A DNA stretch of 64,000 nt from Blastocladiella emersonii ATCC 22665. Taxonomy: Eukaryota > Fungi > Blastocladiomycota. A program made the position numbers and the translations under genes. Positions 11,860 to 23,937 of this stretch are shown one piece after another (position 1 is the first letter of the stretch; each line of letters begins with the position of its first letter). The notes under the pieces were generated by a model. The model was not told the DNA's origin, ran no database searches, and saw only the letters and a list, made by a program, of their open reading frames with translations. The DNA is taken from NCBI GenBank assembly GCA_025594325.1, contig JANHCV010000012.1, positions 930,001 to 994,000 of the forward strand. The letters are read 5' to 3'.

Positions 11860-14800
11860 TCAGCCAACAAGACGGTTGACGAGCAGGTCGCGGTCGACGT
11901 GGGCGAGCTCGGACACGCGGCCGAGGTGGCGCAGCACGTCCTTTTTCGTGATGAGCCCGAGCAGCGTGCCGTTGCGCGTGATGAGCACGTACCGGAGACC
12001 CATTTTCTTGATCAGCTCGATGACCATCTCCATGGGCGTGCGCGGCACGATCGTTATGGGCGTCGTGTCCATCCACGGCGACAGGTCCACGAAATGGTTG
12101 GCGGACGCGACCGCCGCGGCGATCGCGGACCCGAACGAGCCGATGGTGCCCGGCGAGCTCGCCGTGGCCCACGCACCCGACGACCCAGCACTGCTGCCGA
12201 TGGTGCTCGGGTCGAGCCCGAGCGACTGCAGCGTGGGCACGTCCAGGACAAAGTAGCACGGCGTGGCGTCGGTGATGGCGGGCCGCTTGCGCGCCTGCTC
12301 GAGCGCGTACCGGAGTTCGTTGCGGTTGATGTATCCGACGATCTGCATCGCTTTCGTGGACGCGACGACGGGGAACCCCTTGTGCGAGTTCTCGCGCAGG
12401 ATGCGCTCGAGGTCCCCCACAGACGCCTCGGCCGCGGGGATAACGACGAGCTCCGACGCGCTGGTCATGACCTGGCCGGCGTGCACCGACTCGATGTACT
12501 CTTCCTTGGTGTCGAGGAACGGGTACCCGTTGAGCCGGATCAGGCCGTCGTAGATGGACTCCTTGCCGAACGCGTCGCCGACGAACTTGGACACCATGAC
12601 GGCGATCATGATGGGCAGCACGTAGGTCAGGGCGCCCGTGATCTCGAACATGATGACGACCAGCGACACGGTCATGCGGGTGAGCCCGGCGAGGAACGCC
12701 GCGGCGCCGAGCAGCGCGTAAGGGCCGATCGTCACGCACTCGGTCTCGGGGATGCACGACGCGAACAGGAAGAAGCCCGGGTACGCGTGCTGCAGGCTGT
12801 CGACGGCCATGCCGAGGACGCGGCCGACGCACGCGCCGATGGCGAGCGTCGGGATGAAGCAGCCGCACGGGACGCGAATGCCGAAGGTCACAACCGTCAA
12901 CGCGATCTTGGCGACCGACGCGATCAGGAGCAGCATGGCCGTGTGCGGGTAGGCCTCGCGCGAGCACAGCTCGGCGTGCAGCTCGTCGGCGGGGTCGGGC
13001 GAGCACTCGCGGAACAGCGCGCCCACGAGCTTGTCGGTGGAGATGCGCAGGTACCCGTTGACGTACGAGATGATGGCCGTGATGAGCGCGATCGCGCACG
13101 CCTCCTGCACCGGGTGCACGCGCAGCCACGTCCACTTGCGCAGCGTCGAGACACGCAGGTTGGCGCGGATGAAGAAGGCGCCGAACAATCCCCCCAAAAC
13201 GCCGAGCAGGATGAAGAAGATGATCTCGAACGAGTGCCACGAGCTGTCGTACGCCACCTGGAACAGCACCAGTTTCCCCGTCCGGTACGGGTTCAGCACC
13301 TGCAGCGTGACGGCCGCGCACATGGACGCGAAGAAGGACCGCAGCTGCGTCTTGTGCGGGAAGTAGTACGACACCTCCTCGAGCGAGAACAGTACGCCGC
13401 CGATCGGCGACCCGAACGCACACGAGATGCCCGCAGCAGCGGCCGCCGACAGGATCTCGCGCTTCTTGGCCTCGTTCTTGGCAAACTTCTTGAACAGCCG
13501 GGGGATGATGTTGCCGACGCAGCACGCCACGTGCACGAACGGACCCTCCTTGCCGACCGACATGCCCGACGCCGTGGCCAGGGGCTACATGTGGGGGGTG
13601 CGTGGCGGTCAGCGGCGCGGGTCACTCGGAGGCAATAAGGGAAGCAACGTACGAGTCCAATGACCTTGATCAGGAGCGTCCATCCGCCGAGGAACTTGCG
13701 CATGATGAACCCGCCGAGAATCGTCTTGACCTCGGGCATACCGGATCCGGCGGCGTAGGGTGCGAGGTGCTTGACGAGGAACGCGGCGAGGAACGTGAAG
13801 AGGACGGCGAACCCGACGTACATGGCGTACGAGAGGAAGAACCGCTCCGCACCCCCTCTTCCACCGCCAGTCGCGTCGCCGGGCAGGATCTGGTCGCTCC
13901 AGTGCACCCACGCGTCGCACCGCTCCTCGTCCTGCATCCAGCAGCAGAACTTGCGGTTGAGGTACCAGTGGTCGACGCACCGGCCCTCCTTGAGGTCCGA
14001 CAGCCACTCCTCGACGAGGGCGATGAAGGTCGCGATCACACCCGTGACGACGCCGACCATGGCGACGATCAGCCACGCCTGGCTCGCGTCGAACAGGTTG
14101 GCGAGCGCAGTGCCGTGCTCGCGCAGCCGCTTGAGCCGGATCCGCTCCTTGGCGAAATCGTGGATCCAGTCGATGGTCGTAAAGTCCTCGTACTTGACGC
14201 GCCGCCCGCCGCCCTCCAGCATCCAGTCGGCCTCGGGCGCGTCCGTGTCGAGGTACTTGTCGTCGCCCGGGTCCGCGAGCCCGGGCGTCGCTACGTCGTC
14301 GAGCACCGAAATCGAACGGTGGTGCGCGTCGCCGGCGTGTGCGCTCGTCGGCGTCGTGGGCGACCACCCGGCGGCGCTCGGGAGGGACGGACGTGACCGG
14401 TTCGCGCCGCCGCCCGCGCGCCCGAGGCGGCCGAGGAACGGGCGGCCCGAAACCGACCCGGGCGTCCGCTGCGCGTACGTGTTTCCGCGCAGCCCGCTGC
14501 TCAGCGACCCGCCGGGCGACGCGAGCATCGGCTGGCTCGACGCGTGGTTCGGGTCGTCGTCCTCATCGTCGTCGTCGCTCTGGATCGGGACCTCGGCATC
14601 CACGCCCGCGCGCGCGGCGGCCGCAGCCGCAGCCGCAGCAGCAGCAGCGAGCTCGTCCTGGTACGACGCGGCGGTCGAGATGGGCGACGGTCGGCGCGGC
14701 TGGCGCGCTGCAGCGGGTACCGATGCCGGTGGCGTTTCCGGTAGCGGCGGTGCGGCAAACGGATTCGCGGGCGCAGTAGCGAGCGATGGCGAGGCCGGCG

Positions 14801-15017
14801 CGCTCGCGGCGGCCCACGGCACGGGCGCGAACGGGTTGGGCGGCAGGCCAGGCGCAACAGAGCCGACAGGCGGCGGCGTCGCGGTGCCGGAAGCCGGCAG
14901 GTCGGCGTCGGACCCGTTGGCGAGCGCGCCCGACAGGATTCGCTGGCGCGCGATGGCCGAGGGGGCCGCGGCGGGTTGGCTGCCGGGCGGCGGCGGTGGA
15001 GGCGCCGGTGGATCCAT
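11860..15017 (-). CDS. GEF1: CLC chloride/proton antiporter (ClC-3/Gef1-type) with C-terminal CBS domains
   Basis: Motifs GSGMPE, GKEGP (gating Glu) and LFSLEEVSYYFP (proton Glu), plus CBS pair (HKGFPVV; LLGLITKKDVL). Intron 13652-13585 is phase 0. Long Pro/Ala-rich N-terminus. Confidence 0.93.
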
Positions 15018-15208
15018 GGGTGCAGTGCAGGGTTGTTGATTGCGTTGCAAGGAGTGTGCGATGGAGGAGAGAGAGGGTCGGTCGATGGGCGGGGCATGAT
15101 AGAGTTCCCTTGACAAGCGTGAGAGCGCGCGACGGTGAAAAAAGGTGAACGGCGCGCTCTTTCTATTTTTGGCCGGTCGCTGCCTGCTGACGACCATCAC
15201 GCAGTTCA

Positions 15209-17022
15209 TCAGGCAACCCTGCGGGAACAATCGACGGCGAGCTCCGGGAACTCCTCCTTCCACCGGCACATGAAGGCCGTCGACTCAATGGCCGCGCGGC
15301 AGTTCTTGCCCTTGGTCGCGGCGGCAAACTCGGCGACGTCGGCCTCGCTCGCGGCAGGATCGCGCTCCGCAACGGGCGCGAGGACATGCTCGCATTCGTC
15401 GCGGAGCGCGAGCGCAATAAACGTGCCTGCGCGGGTAGCGAGCTTAGCCTTCTCGATGAAGGTGCACTGGCGGTGGTTGAGCAGGCAGTCGAGCACCTCG
15501 AGCGAGCGCGCGCGGTACTCGGTCAGCGGGATCCGCACGTCGCGCTGCGCGACCTTCTCCTTGACGAGGCCCGTGACGAGACCCGCGCTGGACATGAAGT
15601 CAGCGCCGCGCAGAAAGTTCTCGAGTAGCTCGACGTTCCCCGCGAAAGCCGCCGCGTGCAGCCGCGCGGTCTCGTTGAGCCGGCCGTCGCCCGTGAACCG
15701 CCAGTCGTTGGCGATCAGCTCCCACGCCTCGACGCTGCCGCACGCGCCGATCGCCCACTCCCACGCCATGCGCCACGGCGGCATATCGTCGATCTCGTAC
15801 CCGACGTTGCGGAGCTGGCGGTCGTACGAGAGCCGCAGCAGCAGATTGACCATGTCGATGCGCTGGAGCCGCAGCGCCGCGTCGAGCGCCGCGTTCACGT
15901 CGTCGGCCGACACGGGCCAGCGGAACGCGTGCTTGACCGCGTGGTGCCGGTCGAGCACCGCGTCGAGGACGATCGCGCTGCGCCGCGTCGCAGTGCTGGT
16001 GAGCTGCAGCGTGGGCGCGAGCAGCGCGAGGATCTCGACAAGCGGCGCAAACGACGCCGCGTGCCACCACTCGCACTGCGGGTGCTCGACCAGCAGCTTC
16101 AGCGTCGCCTGGCACTTGGCCGTGATCTGCCACTGCGCGCCGCGCGCCTTGGGCACGGCGACCGCCGCGACGGCCTCGACGAGCGCCCACAGGAACAGGT
16201 ACTTAAGGTGTCGACCGGCCGGACCCGCCGTGGGCACCGGCCACGTCGCCTTGGGCCCGATGAAGCGCGCGAGCAGCGCCGTGTCGTGGCGGTACGTGGC
16301 GACAATCATCCCCTTGTACTGCATCGTGGCACCGCCCGTCGCCGCCGGATCGTCGAGCAGCGCCTGGATCCGCTTGAACTCAGCCTTGTCGAGCGCGTGC
16401 ACGTCGAGCGAGAGGAACCACTCGAGCGCGTCCTGCTCCTCCGACACCGCCTCCGTGCCGCGCGACGGCAACAGCGGCGTCAGGCTATCTCGCCGCAGCC
16501 ACGCCAGCTGCGCCACTGACGCCGGGCGCGTGATGTACTGCACCATCAGTTTGCTCATGTCGACGCGCTCGCACGCGACGTACGACCGCAGAATCGACTC
16601 GCGCACGGGGCACGGGATCGGCCGCGGGTCCTCGAGCTGCGCGTGCGGGCGGCGGTGCGGGTCGAACCCCGGGTGCGCGAGGAGCAGTGCGACTTTCTCG
16701 GCGGCGTACGCGAAGTCCGCCTTGCGCTCGCGCGCATCGCTGCCCATCACGTCGCGCAGGTGGTCGCCCTTGTACTCGCGGTCGAACCGGAACGCCGGCG
16801 ACGCGAGGAGCGCGCGCGCGCGAGGTCCGGCGGGCCGGATAGCGCGGCGTGGAGGTGTGCGTCCGACGGGCTCAGGGTGAGGCGGATGAGGGGGTCGGCG
16901 AGGATCGCGCGGACGAGGGCGGCGTCCTTGGCCTCGATGGCCGCGGCGAGGCGAGCGTTGGATGTCAAGGACCCGCTGGATCCGTGGGATGCATGGCGTG
17001 ACACGATTGCATGGGGGTTCAA
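15209..17022 (-). pseudogene. Ankyrin-like helical repeat family protein, copy 1 (frameshifted near the 5' end)
   Basis: The AAIEAKDAALVRAILADP frame shifts by +2 at the (CG)6 run 16811-16822 into LLASPAFRFDREYKGDHL...YKGMIVATYRHD...HLKYLFLWALVEAV...CEWWHAASFAPL. There is also no in-frame ATG before the AAIEAKD helix. These could be sequencing errors rather than real lesions. Confidence 0.65.
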
Positions 17023-17210
17023 GGTGCACGGAGAGGACAGGCTCAGCGATCCGGCGCCGGTGAGAGGGCGAAAAGGGCCCCGCGGCGCGGGTCAGCTGAC
17101 CAAAAACGTGCGCGGCGCAACGCGAGACACGCGGTGCGAGACAGTTTGGCTCGCGCGGCGAGCGAGTCAAAGACCGTGGAACGCGATATATTAACAAAAT
17201 GGAAACCATC

Positions 17211-18267
17211 TCAGGGTGCAAGGCGGCTTCCTTGGCCCGTCGGGGAGCCCGGGATCAAGCCCAAAGAGGCACCAGCGACGCTGGCCAACGGCGTGAGCAG
17301 CCCGGAATTGCTATTCATGGTGTGCGACACGCCCAGCGGTGCCAAGCGCACGCCCGACGCCTGGATCAAATTGGTCGCCGTGAAGTGGGACTGCGAGCTG
17401 GTGGCATTTGAAGGAGTCGCGTGTGCGCGCATGATGCTGCGAAGCGTCTGCAGGAACGAGCAGATGACACGGAGCCGGAGCGATTCCACGAGGTACACGG
17501 ACGCCCACATCGGATCAAACGAGGGGTCGACCTGGACGGCGACGTTCGCAGCGACCATGAGCGCGCACTCGACGAAAAGCGTAATCTGGCTTTTGCGGAT
17601 CGCGGCCGTCAGTCCCTCGCGGAAGGCCGGTTCGCCGTCCTTGCGCTTCGTTAGGTCGTTCACGCGGTACAGGAACACGCCTGAGATCAAGGCGTTCACC
17701 AGCGCGTCGCCCATGCTCCAGTCTACAAGAGCGGGAGTGAGTGGTCATGGACGCGGTGGCTATCGTGATCGGCGACGTACAGCAGACCAAAGTCCCCGCC
17801 GTGCCAACCAGGTCGATTGGGAGCCTCGTCGAGATCTCGATCCAGAAGTAGATGGTGTCGACGATCTTGACCACGGTACTTACAATCGCGAGCCCGACGC
17901 ATAACAGGCTGATCCGCGGCAGCGCGGCCTTGCAGAACCGCCAAAGTCGGAGCCCGTTCAAGAGGACAAGACCGGACCCGGCAATCAACGACCAGGTTGC
18001 CCCACCCATGTCCCATGCGACGCCCACGGGTCGCCGGAATCCGTCGGCGTCGACCCCGTCTCGCGTATCAGCGAGAAGCGACTGGAATCGCGAGTTGACG
18101 TCGAGCATGTGGGCGACGCAGATCGCGCACATGGCCGCCATGTACAGCGATCGTGTCGACCGGTAGGATTCAACGGCCACAATCAGGGTCCCGAAATCGA
18201 GGGTGAGCGTGATGCCAAGCAAGAATGAGGCGCCGCTCCATATCAAAATCGGTTCAGTAAACCCCAT
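17211..18267 (-). CDS. Orphan multi-pass (probably 7TM) membrane protein, about 332 aa
   Basis: Exons 18267-17781 and 17722-17211, with a phase-1 intron at 17780-17723 (GTACGT...TGTAG). About seven hydrophobic segments by eye and a Ser/Thr-rich C-tail. Confidence 0.7.
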
Positions 18268-18599
18268 GGCGTTGCTAGTTGATCCGTTATTCCAGATGCA
18301 TAGAGTAGAGCGTATACATTAGCCCAGCCAATATCAAGTAAGAGTGTGAGAGGGACACGGGCAGAGCATACCTGGTCTGCACTCGATTGGAAGATCACAA
18401 AAAAATGAGACGTATCACACTGCACTGTGCCCCACAGCCGTGGGAGATGTTGGCTGCTGAGTTTCGCCCACCCGAATTTCGACTTCGAGAGTATTAACGC
18501 GTCAACGTGCGGGCTGCCTCCCACTCTGGGTGACTGAGCCACCCGCTGCGCCACAGCTGTGCCCTGCGACTCGCTTTTCACCTCGTCGCACATACGGGG

Positions 18600-18843
18600 T
18601 CGCACAGGCGGGGTCGCCCTTGTACTCGCGGCCGATCTGAAAAGCGGGCGACTCAAGGAACGTGCGCGCGAGATCCAGCGGTCTTTGTAGGGCGGCGCGC
18701 AGGCCCGAGATCGTTGGGTGGAGGCACAGTGGGTCGCCGAGCGGCGAACCGACCAGGGCGGTGTCCTTGGCCTCGATGGCTCCGTCGATGCCGGCGGCGA
18801 GCCTTAGCGGTCCACTGAATTTGTGGCATCCATGGTTTGACAC
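18600..18843 (-). pseudogene. 5' remnant of the ankyrin-like family
   Basis: GAIEAKDTALVGSPLGDP...PLDLARTFLESPAFQIGREYKGD matches copy 1, then homology stops. The upstream sequence near 18960-18990 resembles that of copy 1 near 17115-17150. Confidence 0.7.
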
Positions 18844-20583
18844 GCTTACTTAGGGTTTAAAATGCCTTCGCAGCGCGGGGAGGAGTTCCTCAATTACCGT
18901 GGCGAAGCGGGGAAACGCGCTGCGTCACTGATCGGCTGATCACAAAGCGTGACTGGTGCAATGCGAGCCACGCGGAGCGAGACAGTTTGGATTTCCTGAT
19001 CGAAGATCTAAAGACAAGCAGCAATATTGTATTGTGAGCCGCACACACATCACCGATCCCATCACGCTCGAGTTCCATCAGGTCCACAATTCTTTCACGT
19101 CGTCGGATGCAAACTTCTTGACCTGCTTCTTCCAGCGACGCACGACTTTCGTGTCTTCAACGGCCGTGTGCCAGTCCTTGGCCGCGGTCGCAGAGACAAA
19201 CTCGGTGACGTCGGCCTTGGTCGCCGCGGGGTCCCGCTGTGCGACGAGCGCGAGCATGTCGTTGCGGCCGTGGCGGCGCGCGAGGGCAAGGAACTTGGCC
19301 GCGTCCAAAGTAAGCTTTGACTTGGCGAAGAACAAACAGTCTGGTCGCTGAGGAGGCACTCGAGCACCTTGAGCGAGCGCGCGCGGAACTCGGACCGTGG
19401 AATCCGAAGGTCGCACTGCGCGACGTGCTCCTCGACGAGACATTTCGCGAGACTCGAGGTATTGAAATACATGTCCTCGCTCAATAAGTGCTTGAGCAGC
19501 TCGACGTTCCCCGCGCGGACCGCGGCACAGAGCAGCTCCGGGTACGTGAGCCCGCCGGGTGCTTTGAAGCGCTTGTCGCTGGCGATCAGCTCGTACAGCT
19601 CAATGCTTCCGCACGCGCCGATCGCCCACTCCCATGCCATGGTCCACGGCGGCTTGTCATAGGTATCGTATCCGTCGTCATCATCTTCGTCGTCGCGCTC
19701 GTCGTCACTCTCGCTGGGAAAGAAGTCCCAGGTCCGAGCTGGAGGCGCGTAGCCAACGCCAGTATAGCTTACCACGAGAATGCGCTCCCGAGAGCCCTTG
19801 AGAAGCAATTTCACCGACTCGATGCGTTTGAGCCGCAGCGCCGCGTCGAGCGCCGCGTTCACATTGTCCGGGTGCGTGCCGTTGAGTAGGGCCCGCTTGA
19901 GCGCGAGATGCCGGTCCAGAATCGCGTCAAGAACAAGCGAGCTGCATTGCGTCGCGGCGCTGGTGAACTGAAGCTTCGGCGCGAGCAGCGCGAGGATCTC
20001 GGCGAGCGGCGCAAACGACGCCGCGTGCCACCACTCGCACTGCGGATGCTCGACTAGCAATTTGACCGTCGCCTGGCACTTGGCCGTAATGCGCCAAGAA
20101 GCCTTGCTCGATTTCGGAACATCGACGGCCGCGACGGCCTCGACGAGCGCCCACAGGAACAGGTACTTGAGGTGCCGGCCGACCTGGCCCGAAGTCGGCA
20201 CGGGCCACGTCGCCTTGGGCCCAATGAAGCGAGCGAGAAGCGACGCGTCGTGGTACTTTGCAGCGACAATCATGGCTTTGTAGTTGAGAGTGGGACCGCC
20301 CGTCGTGGACGGGTCGTCTAGCAACTCTTTCATGCGCTCGTACTCCAAAACCAGCGAGTTGACGTTAAGCATAAGGGCCCGTTTGGTTCAGATCAGGTGG
20401 ATCAGCTGAAAAAGTTGCCACGTTTCACCTCACCCCCGTTCATCTCAGCGGCCGTGCGAACCAAACGCCCCGCTGGATGAACGCCCCCCCGCAATAAAAT
20501 CTTTCCCACCTCTTTGCAGCCGCACTTATTGCAACGAATCAACACCTAACCTCACGCATCGTGTTCTCGAGCCCTCAAACAAC

Positions 20584-21901
20584 ATGGACAAGGGATACAA
20601 CCGCAAGCTGCGCGGCCTAATGCTCACAGCCGCCCTCGCTCTCCTGCGACGTCTCGCTGCGCGCAACGAGCGCCGCCCGTGGGAGCCTATCCGCACGTCC
20701 ACGCTTTCTGGCGAGTCGTGGGTTCAAGAGCTGCTGACGTGCAACAGCGAAACGCGTTTTTCGGAAATCGCCCGTATGCCCCGCGAGACCTTCAAGGCCA
20801 TCTGCCGCCTGTTCCGCGACCGTGGCCTTCTCGCCGACGGCCGCGAGCTGTCCGTCGAGGCGCGCTTCATGGTTTTTCTTGTCATGGCCGGCGAGGGCAG
20901 CACCAACCGCAACCTCAGGGAGCGGTTCCAAATCTCTGGCGAGACCGCGTCCAGGGTTCTGAAGCAAGTGCTCGACGCTCTGTACCGCCTGATGCCCGAG
21001 TTCATTGTCCAGCCGTCCGATTCTACGCCCGTGCATGAGCGCATCGCCCACGACCCGAAATACGCTCCGTTCCAGAACGCGGTCGGCGCGCTTGACGGAA
21101 CGCACATCCCGTTTGTTGTGCCCACTAAGCTTCACGACTCGTTCCGAAACCGCAAGGGGACCATATACTCAAATGTCCTCGCTGCCTGCGACTTTGACTT
21201 GAACTTCACCTACGTTCTCGCAGGGTGGGAGGGCAAGGCGCATGACTCGCGCGTGCTCTCGGACGCCTTCGCCCGTGGGTTCAAGATCCCCGCCGGCCGC
21301 TTCTACCTCGCCGACGGCGGCTACGCAAACCGCACGTCCATCATCGTGCCCTTCAGCGGTACCCGCTATCATCTTCGCGAGTTTGCCCGCGGCAAGGATG
21401 GGTACGTTCTCACTGCCATGACCATCACGTTGGCGCCATCTCATCCGCTTCATCAACGTACGTAGAGTTAAGAACCGCGAGGAGCTTTTCAATCTGCGTC
21501 ACGCGTCGCTCCGCAACTCCATTGAGCATATCTTTGGCGTGCTCAAGAAGCGGTTCCGCGTCCTCTCGATTGGCGCGGCCTACCCAATCAAGACTCAAGT
21601 CAAGCTTGTGTACGCGCTCTGCACGCTGCACAACATGATCAACAAGTGGAACCAAGGCGGCGACGCCTTCTTTTGCGACGCCGAGACGGAGCTCCGGCGC
21701 GCGCGGGACGCGGCGCGTGAGGCGCGTGTGCGTGGGCGCGAGCCCCTGAACGACGAGAACGAGGAGGACGACGAGGCCGCTGTCCTCGAGGCCTCGCTGG
21801 ACGGAGCTCGTCAGCGCGGTATCTCGCTTCGGAACCGCGTCGCAAATGTTCTTTGGACCGAGTACAGGCGCGTCATGGCCGCTCGTGGGACCCGTCTTTG
21901 A
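20584..21901 (+). CDS. Harbinger/HARBI1-like DDE transposase (DDE_Tnp_4 family)
   Basis: Motifs GALDGTHIP, YLADGGY and ELFNLRHASLRNSIEHIFGVLKKRF. Intron 21402-21465 (GTACGT...CGTAG) joins the two ORFs in frame. Confidence 0.93.
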
Positions 21902-22023
21902 AGGCGCGAAATAATTGTTGTACCCGCATGCATGCTGTAATATACTGATTTGTCAAGTACTATAATGTTATATAAGCGATTCTAGATGATTTGACGCGTC
22001 GCTGAGGTCAGAATGCATCGGTG

Positions 22024-22046
22024 GAGACGCGTCGATCAATCACGTG
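22024..22046 (-). promoter_or_regulatory. Bipartite motif CACGTG-N7-GACGCGTCTC inside the transposon
   Basis: The + strand reads GAGACGCGTC GATCAAT CACGTG, which is the reverse complement of CACGTG ATTGATC GACGCGTCTC. Confidence 0.45.
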
Positions 22047-22214
22047 ACGTGCGAGACACTTTGCGAACCACGCGTTTCTCAACGAGTCGCGTCATTTTCG
22101 AGCCAAGGGTAACGATTGAAGATACGATGGACACAAAGCCAGATGTATTGGACACAAATGGGCGAGAACAAGGCCAGGAAGCAACGCGAGGGGAGGGGGA
22201 CATGTGCGAGTGAG

Positions 22215-22679
22215 CTACTGAATGAAAATCTCGAGGATGCGCTTGCGCTTCGATTCGGACACGGCCATGACGCGAAGCGCTTGATCCTCGGTCAGGCGGG
22301 TGGCGACGTCGATCTGGTACTCTTCATTGTCGTTGTACGCGTCCTGGACCCATTCAAGTGCGGCGGTCAGAACGGGCTTGGAGTCGGCGGTCGCGACCCT
22401 CTGGAACACCTCCTTGATGCCCATGAGGAATTCCGAGTCCGAGAGGCGACGCGAGCTGCTGTCCGAAGTGCGGCTGCGCTTGCTGGCGGGGGCCGCGTCG
22501 TCTTGACCATCGACACCTTCCACGTCACCAGACTCCTTGCCGTCCTGCTCGAGGTGCGAGTACTCGCCGGTGGTGGTCGAGCTGCCCCACGAAGGAAAAC
22601 AGCGTTTATATAGGCCGGGAAGCACAGCCTGAAGGTTTCGGGGGCGAGCAGACGGGCAATTCAGCGACGAGGGTTCCAT
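22215..22679 (-). CDS. Harbinger second ORF (putative C-terminal part of the Myb/SANT-like partner; may be 5'-truncated)
   Basis: Lies inside the TIRs, convergent to the transposase. It has an acidic/Ser linker and a helical C-terminus. No Trp-spaced Myb/SANT repeat is visible. Confidence 0.5.
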   Translation of the reverse strand: MEPSSLNCPSARPRNLQAVLPGLYKRCFPSWGSSTTTGEYSHLEQDGKESGDVEGVDGQDDAAPASKRSRTSDSSSRRLSDSEFLMGIKEVFQRVATADSKPVLTAALEWVQDAYNDNEEYQIDVATRLTEDQALRVMAVSESKRKRILEIFIQ

Positions 22680-23833
22680 TCAGCTCATCCGGGGGTCGAC
22701 CCAAACGCCGCGATGAACGCGACGGGGTGAAAATGCCACGTTTCAGCTGGGTGAACACCGGACCGTGTAAAATCGATTGATCCACCTGATTCACCCCGGA
22801 ACCAAACGGGCCCTAAGCAAGAACTCGAGCTCCTCCTGTTCGGGTGCAACCGAATTGTCGCGAGCTGGCGTTCGTGTCGTGAGGTTGCTGCGGAGCCACG
22901 TCAAGTGCGTGAAACCACGCTGCTGGGTCAGGTACTGGACCAGCAGCCTATGCACGTCGACGCGCTCGCAAGTGAGGTACGCCTGCAAGATGCGCTCGAG
23001 TACGGGGCTCGGGATCTCCCACGGATCCCAAACTGGCCCGTACTTGTGTCGGTGCAGATCGAAATCGGGACGAGCTAAGAGCAGCTTGACCAACTCCTCG
23101 GACCCACGGCCTGCATCGCACTCGCATTCGATGCCCTCGATGGCGTCGCGCAGGTGCTCGCCGCGATAGTCCGGATCGAACCGGAAGTTCGGGGACTCGA
23201 GGATCGCGCGCGCCAGTTCCGTTGAGCCGCGACGAAGCGCGTCGCCAAGATGTTTGTCCAGGGGACAAAAGCAGCGCACTGGCTCTGCAAGCAGTGAGCG
23301 GACGAGAGCAACGTCGTTGGCTCTGATGGCCGCCTCAAAGCGCTTTACAAACGTCAGCGGCTGAGGGCCGCGTCGACTTCCATATCGATACATGTTGCAC
23401 GTAGTTTCGTTTAGTTTTTGCGTTTCATAAACTTAGAGCTAGAGGGCTCGGATCACAATTTGCTGGCTGCGCTGTTGATCAGCTGTCTTGGCCCGCGTTC
23501 GTGGTCGGAGTGCGTGTTGACCACAGGGTGCGAGACACGACGCCTAATTGAGTTCCTTGCCTTGTATCACGTATGATTTCGGCATCTATGCTGCTGCAAC
23601 TCACTGGAAAACGAAATGCGCAAATATTTTTGACCCGGTAGCCACGTCGCTGACGTCTGATAGCCAACGCCGAGAGGCGACTCGCGATCACAAGCGCGGG
23701 TACCTTGATACGATTTGAATTACCTGCCTCAGCAGGGCGACCGACAACACGAACTTCCTGACCAAGCTCGCTCGATCCGCAGCTGATCAGGCGACGTAGA
23801 GCGGGATTGTCGAAGCCCAGGTGAAGGCTTGAC

Positions 23834-23866
23834 GTGTTGCGCCACTCACGTTTCGCGACGCGTCTC
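23834..23866 (+). promoter_or_regulatory. Composite copy joining both recurrent motifs
   Basis: GTGTTGCGCCACTCACGTT TCGC GACGCGTCTC, about 440 bp upstream of ankyrin-like copy 2. Confidence 0.4.
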
Positions 23867-23937
23867 GACGATTCTCCTCGCAGCCCAGTAGAAATGCAGC
23901 AAAATCTTTTTATGATCGCATGTCACAGATTTAATCT

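Larger units (their letters stand above)
20375..22813 (+). mobile_element. PIF/Harbinger DNA transposon, 2,439 bp
   Basis: Perfect 15-bp TIRs GGGCCCGTTTGGTTC (20375-20389; inverted at 22799-22813). TAA target-site duplication at 20372-20374 and 22814-22816. Shared subterminal ATCAGGTGGATCA. Carries a DDE transposase and a convergent second ORF. Confidence 0.95.
19095..23393 (-). pseudogene. Ankyrin-like family copy 2, interrupted by a PIF/Harbinger insertion (about 618 aa if restored)
   Basis: The 5' half (23393-22814) ends EQEELEFLL and the 3' half (20371-19095) begins MLNVNSL...YKAMIVAAKYHD. Removing 20375-22813 and one TAA gives GAG TTC TTG CTT ATG CTT AAC GTC, in frame and collinear with copy 3 (ELESLLARNVDSL). 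Confidence 0.9.
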
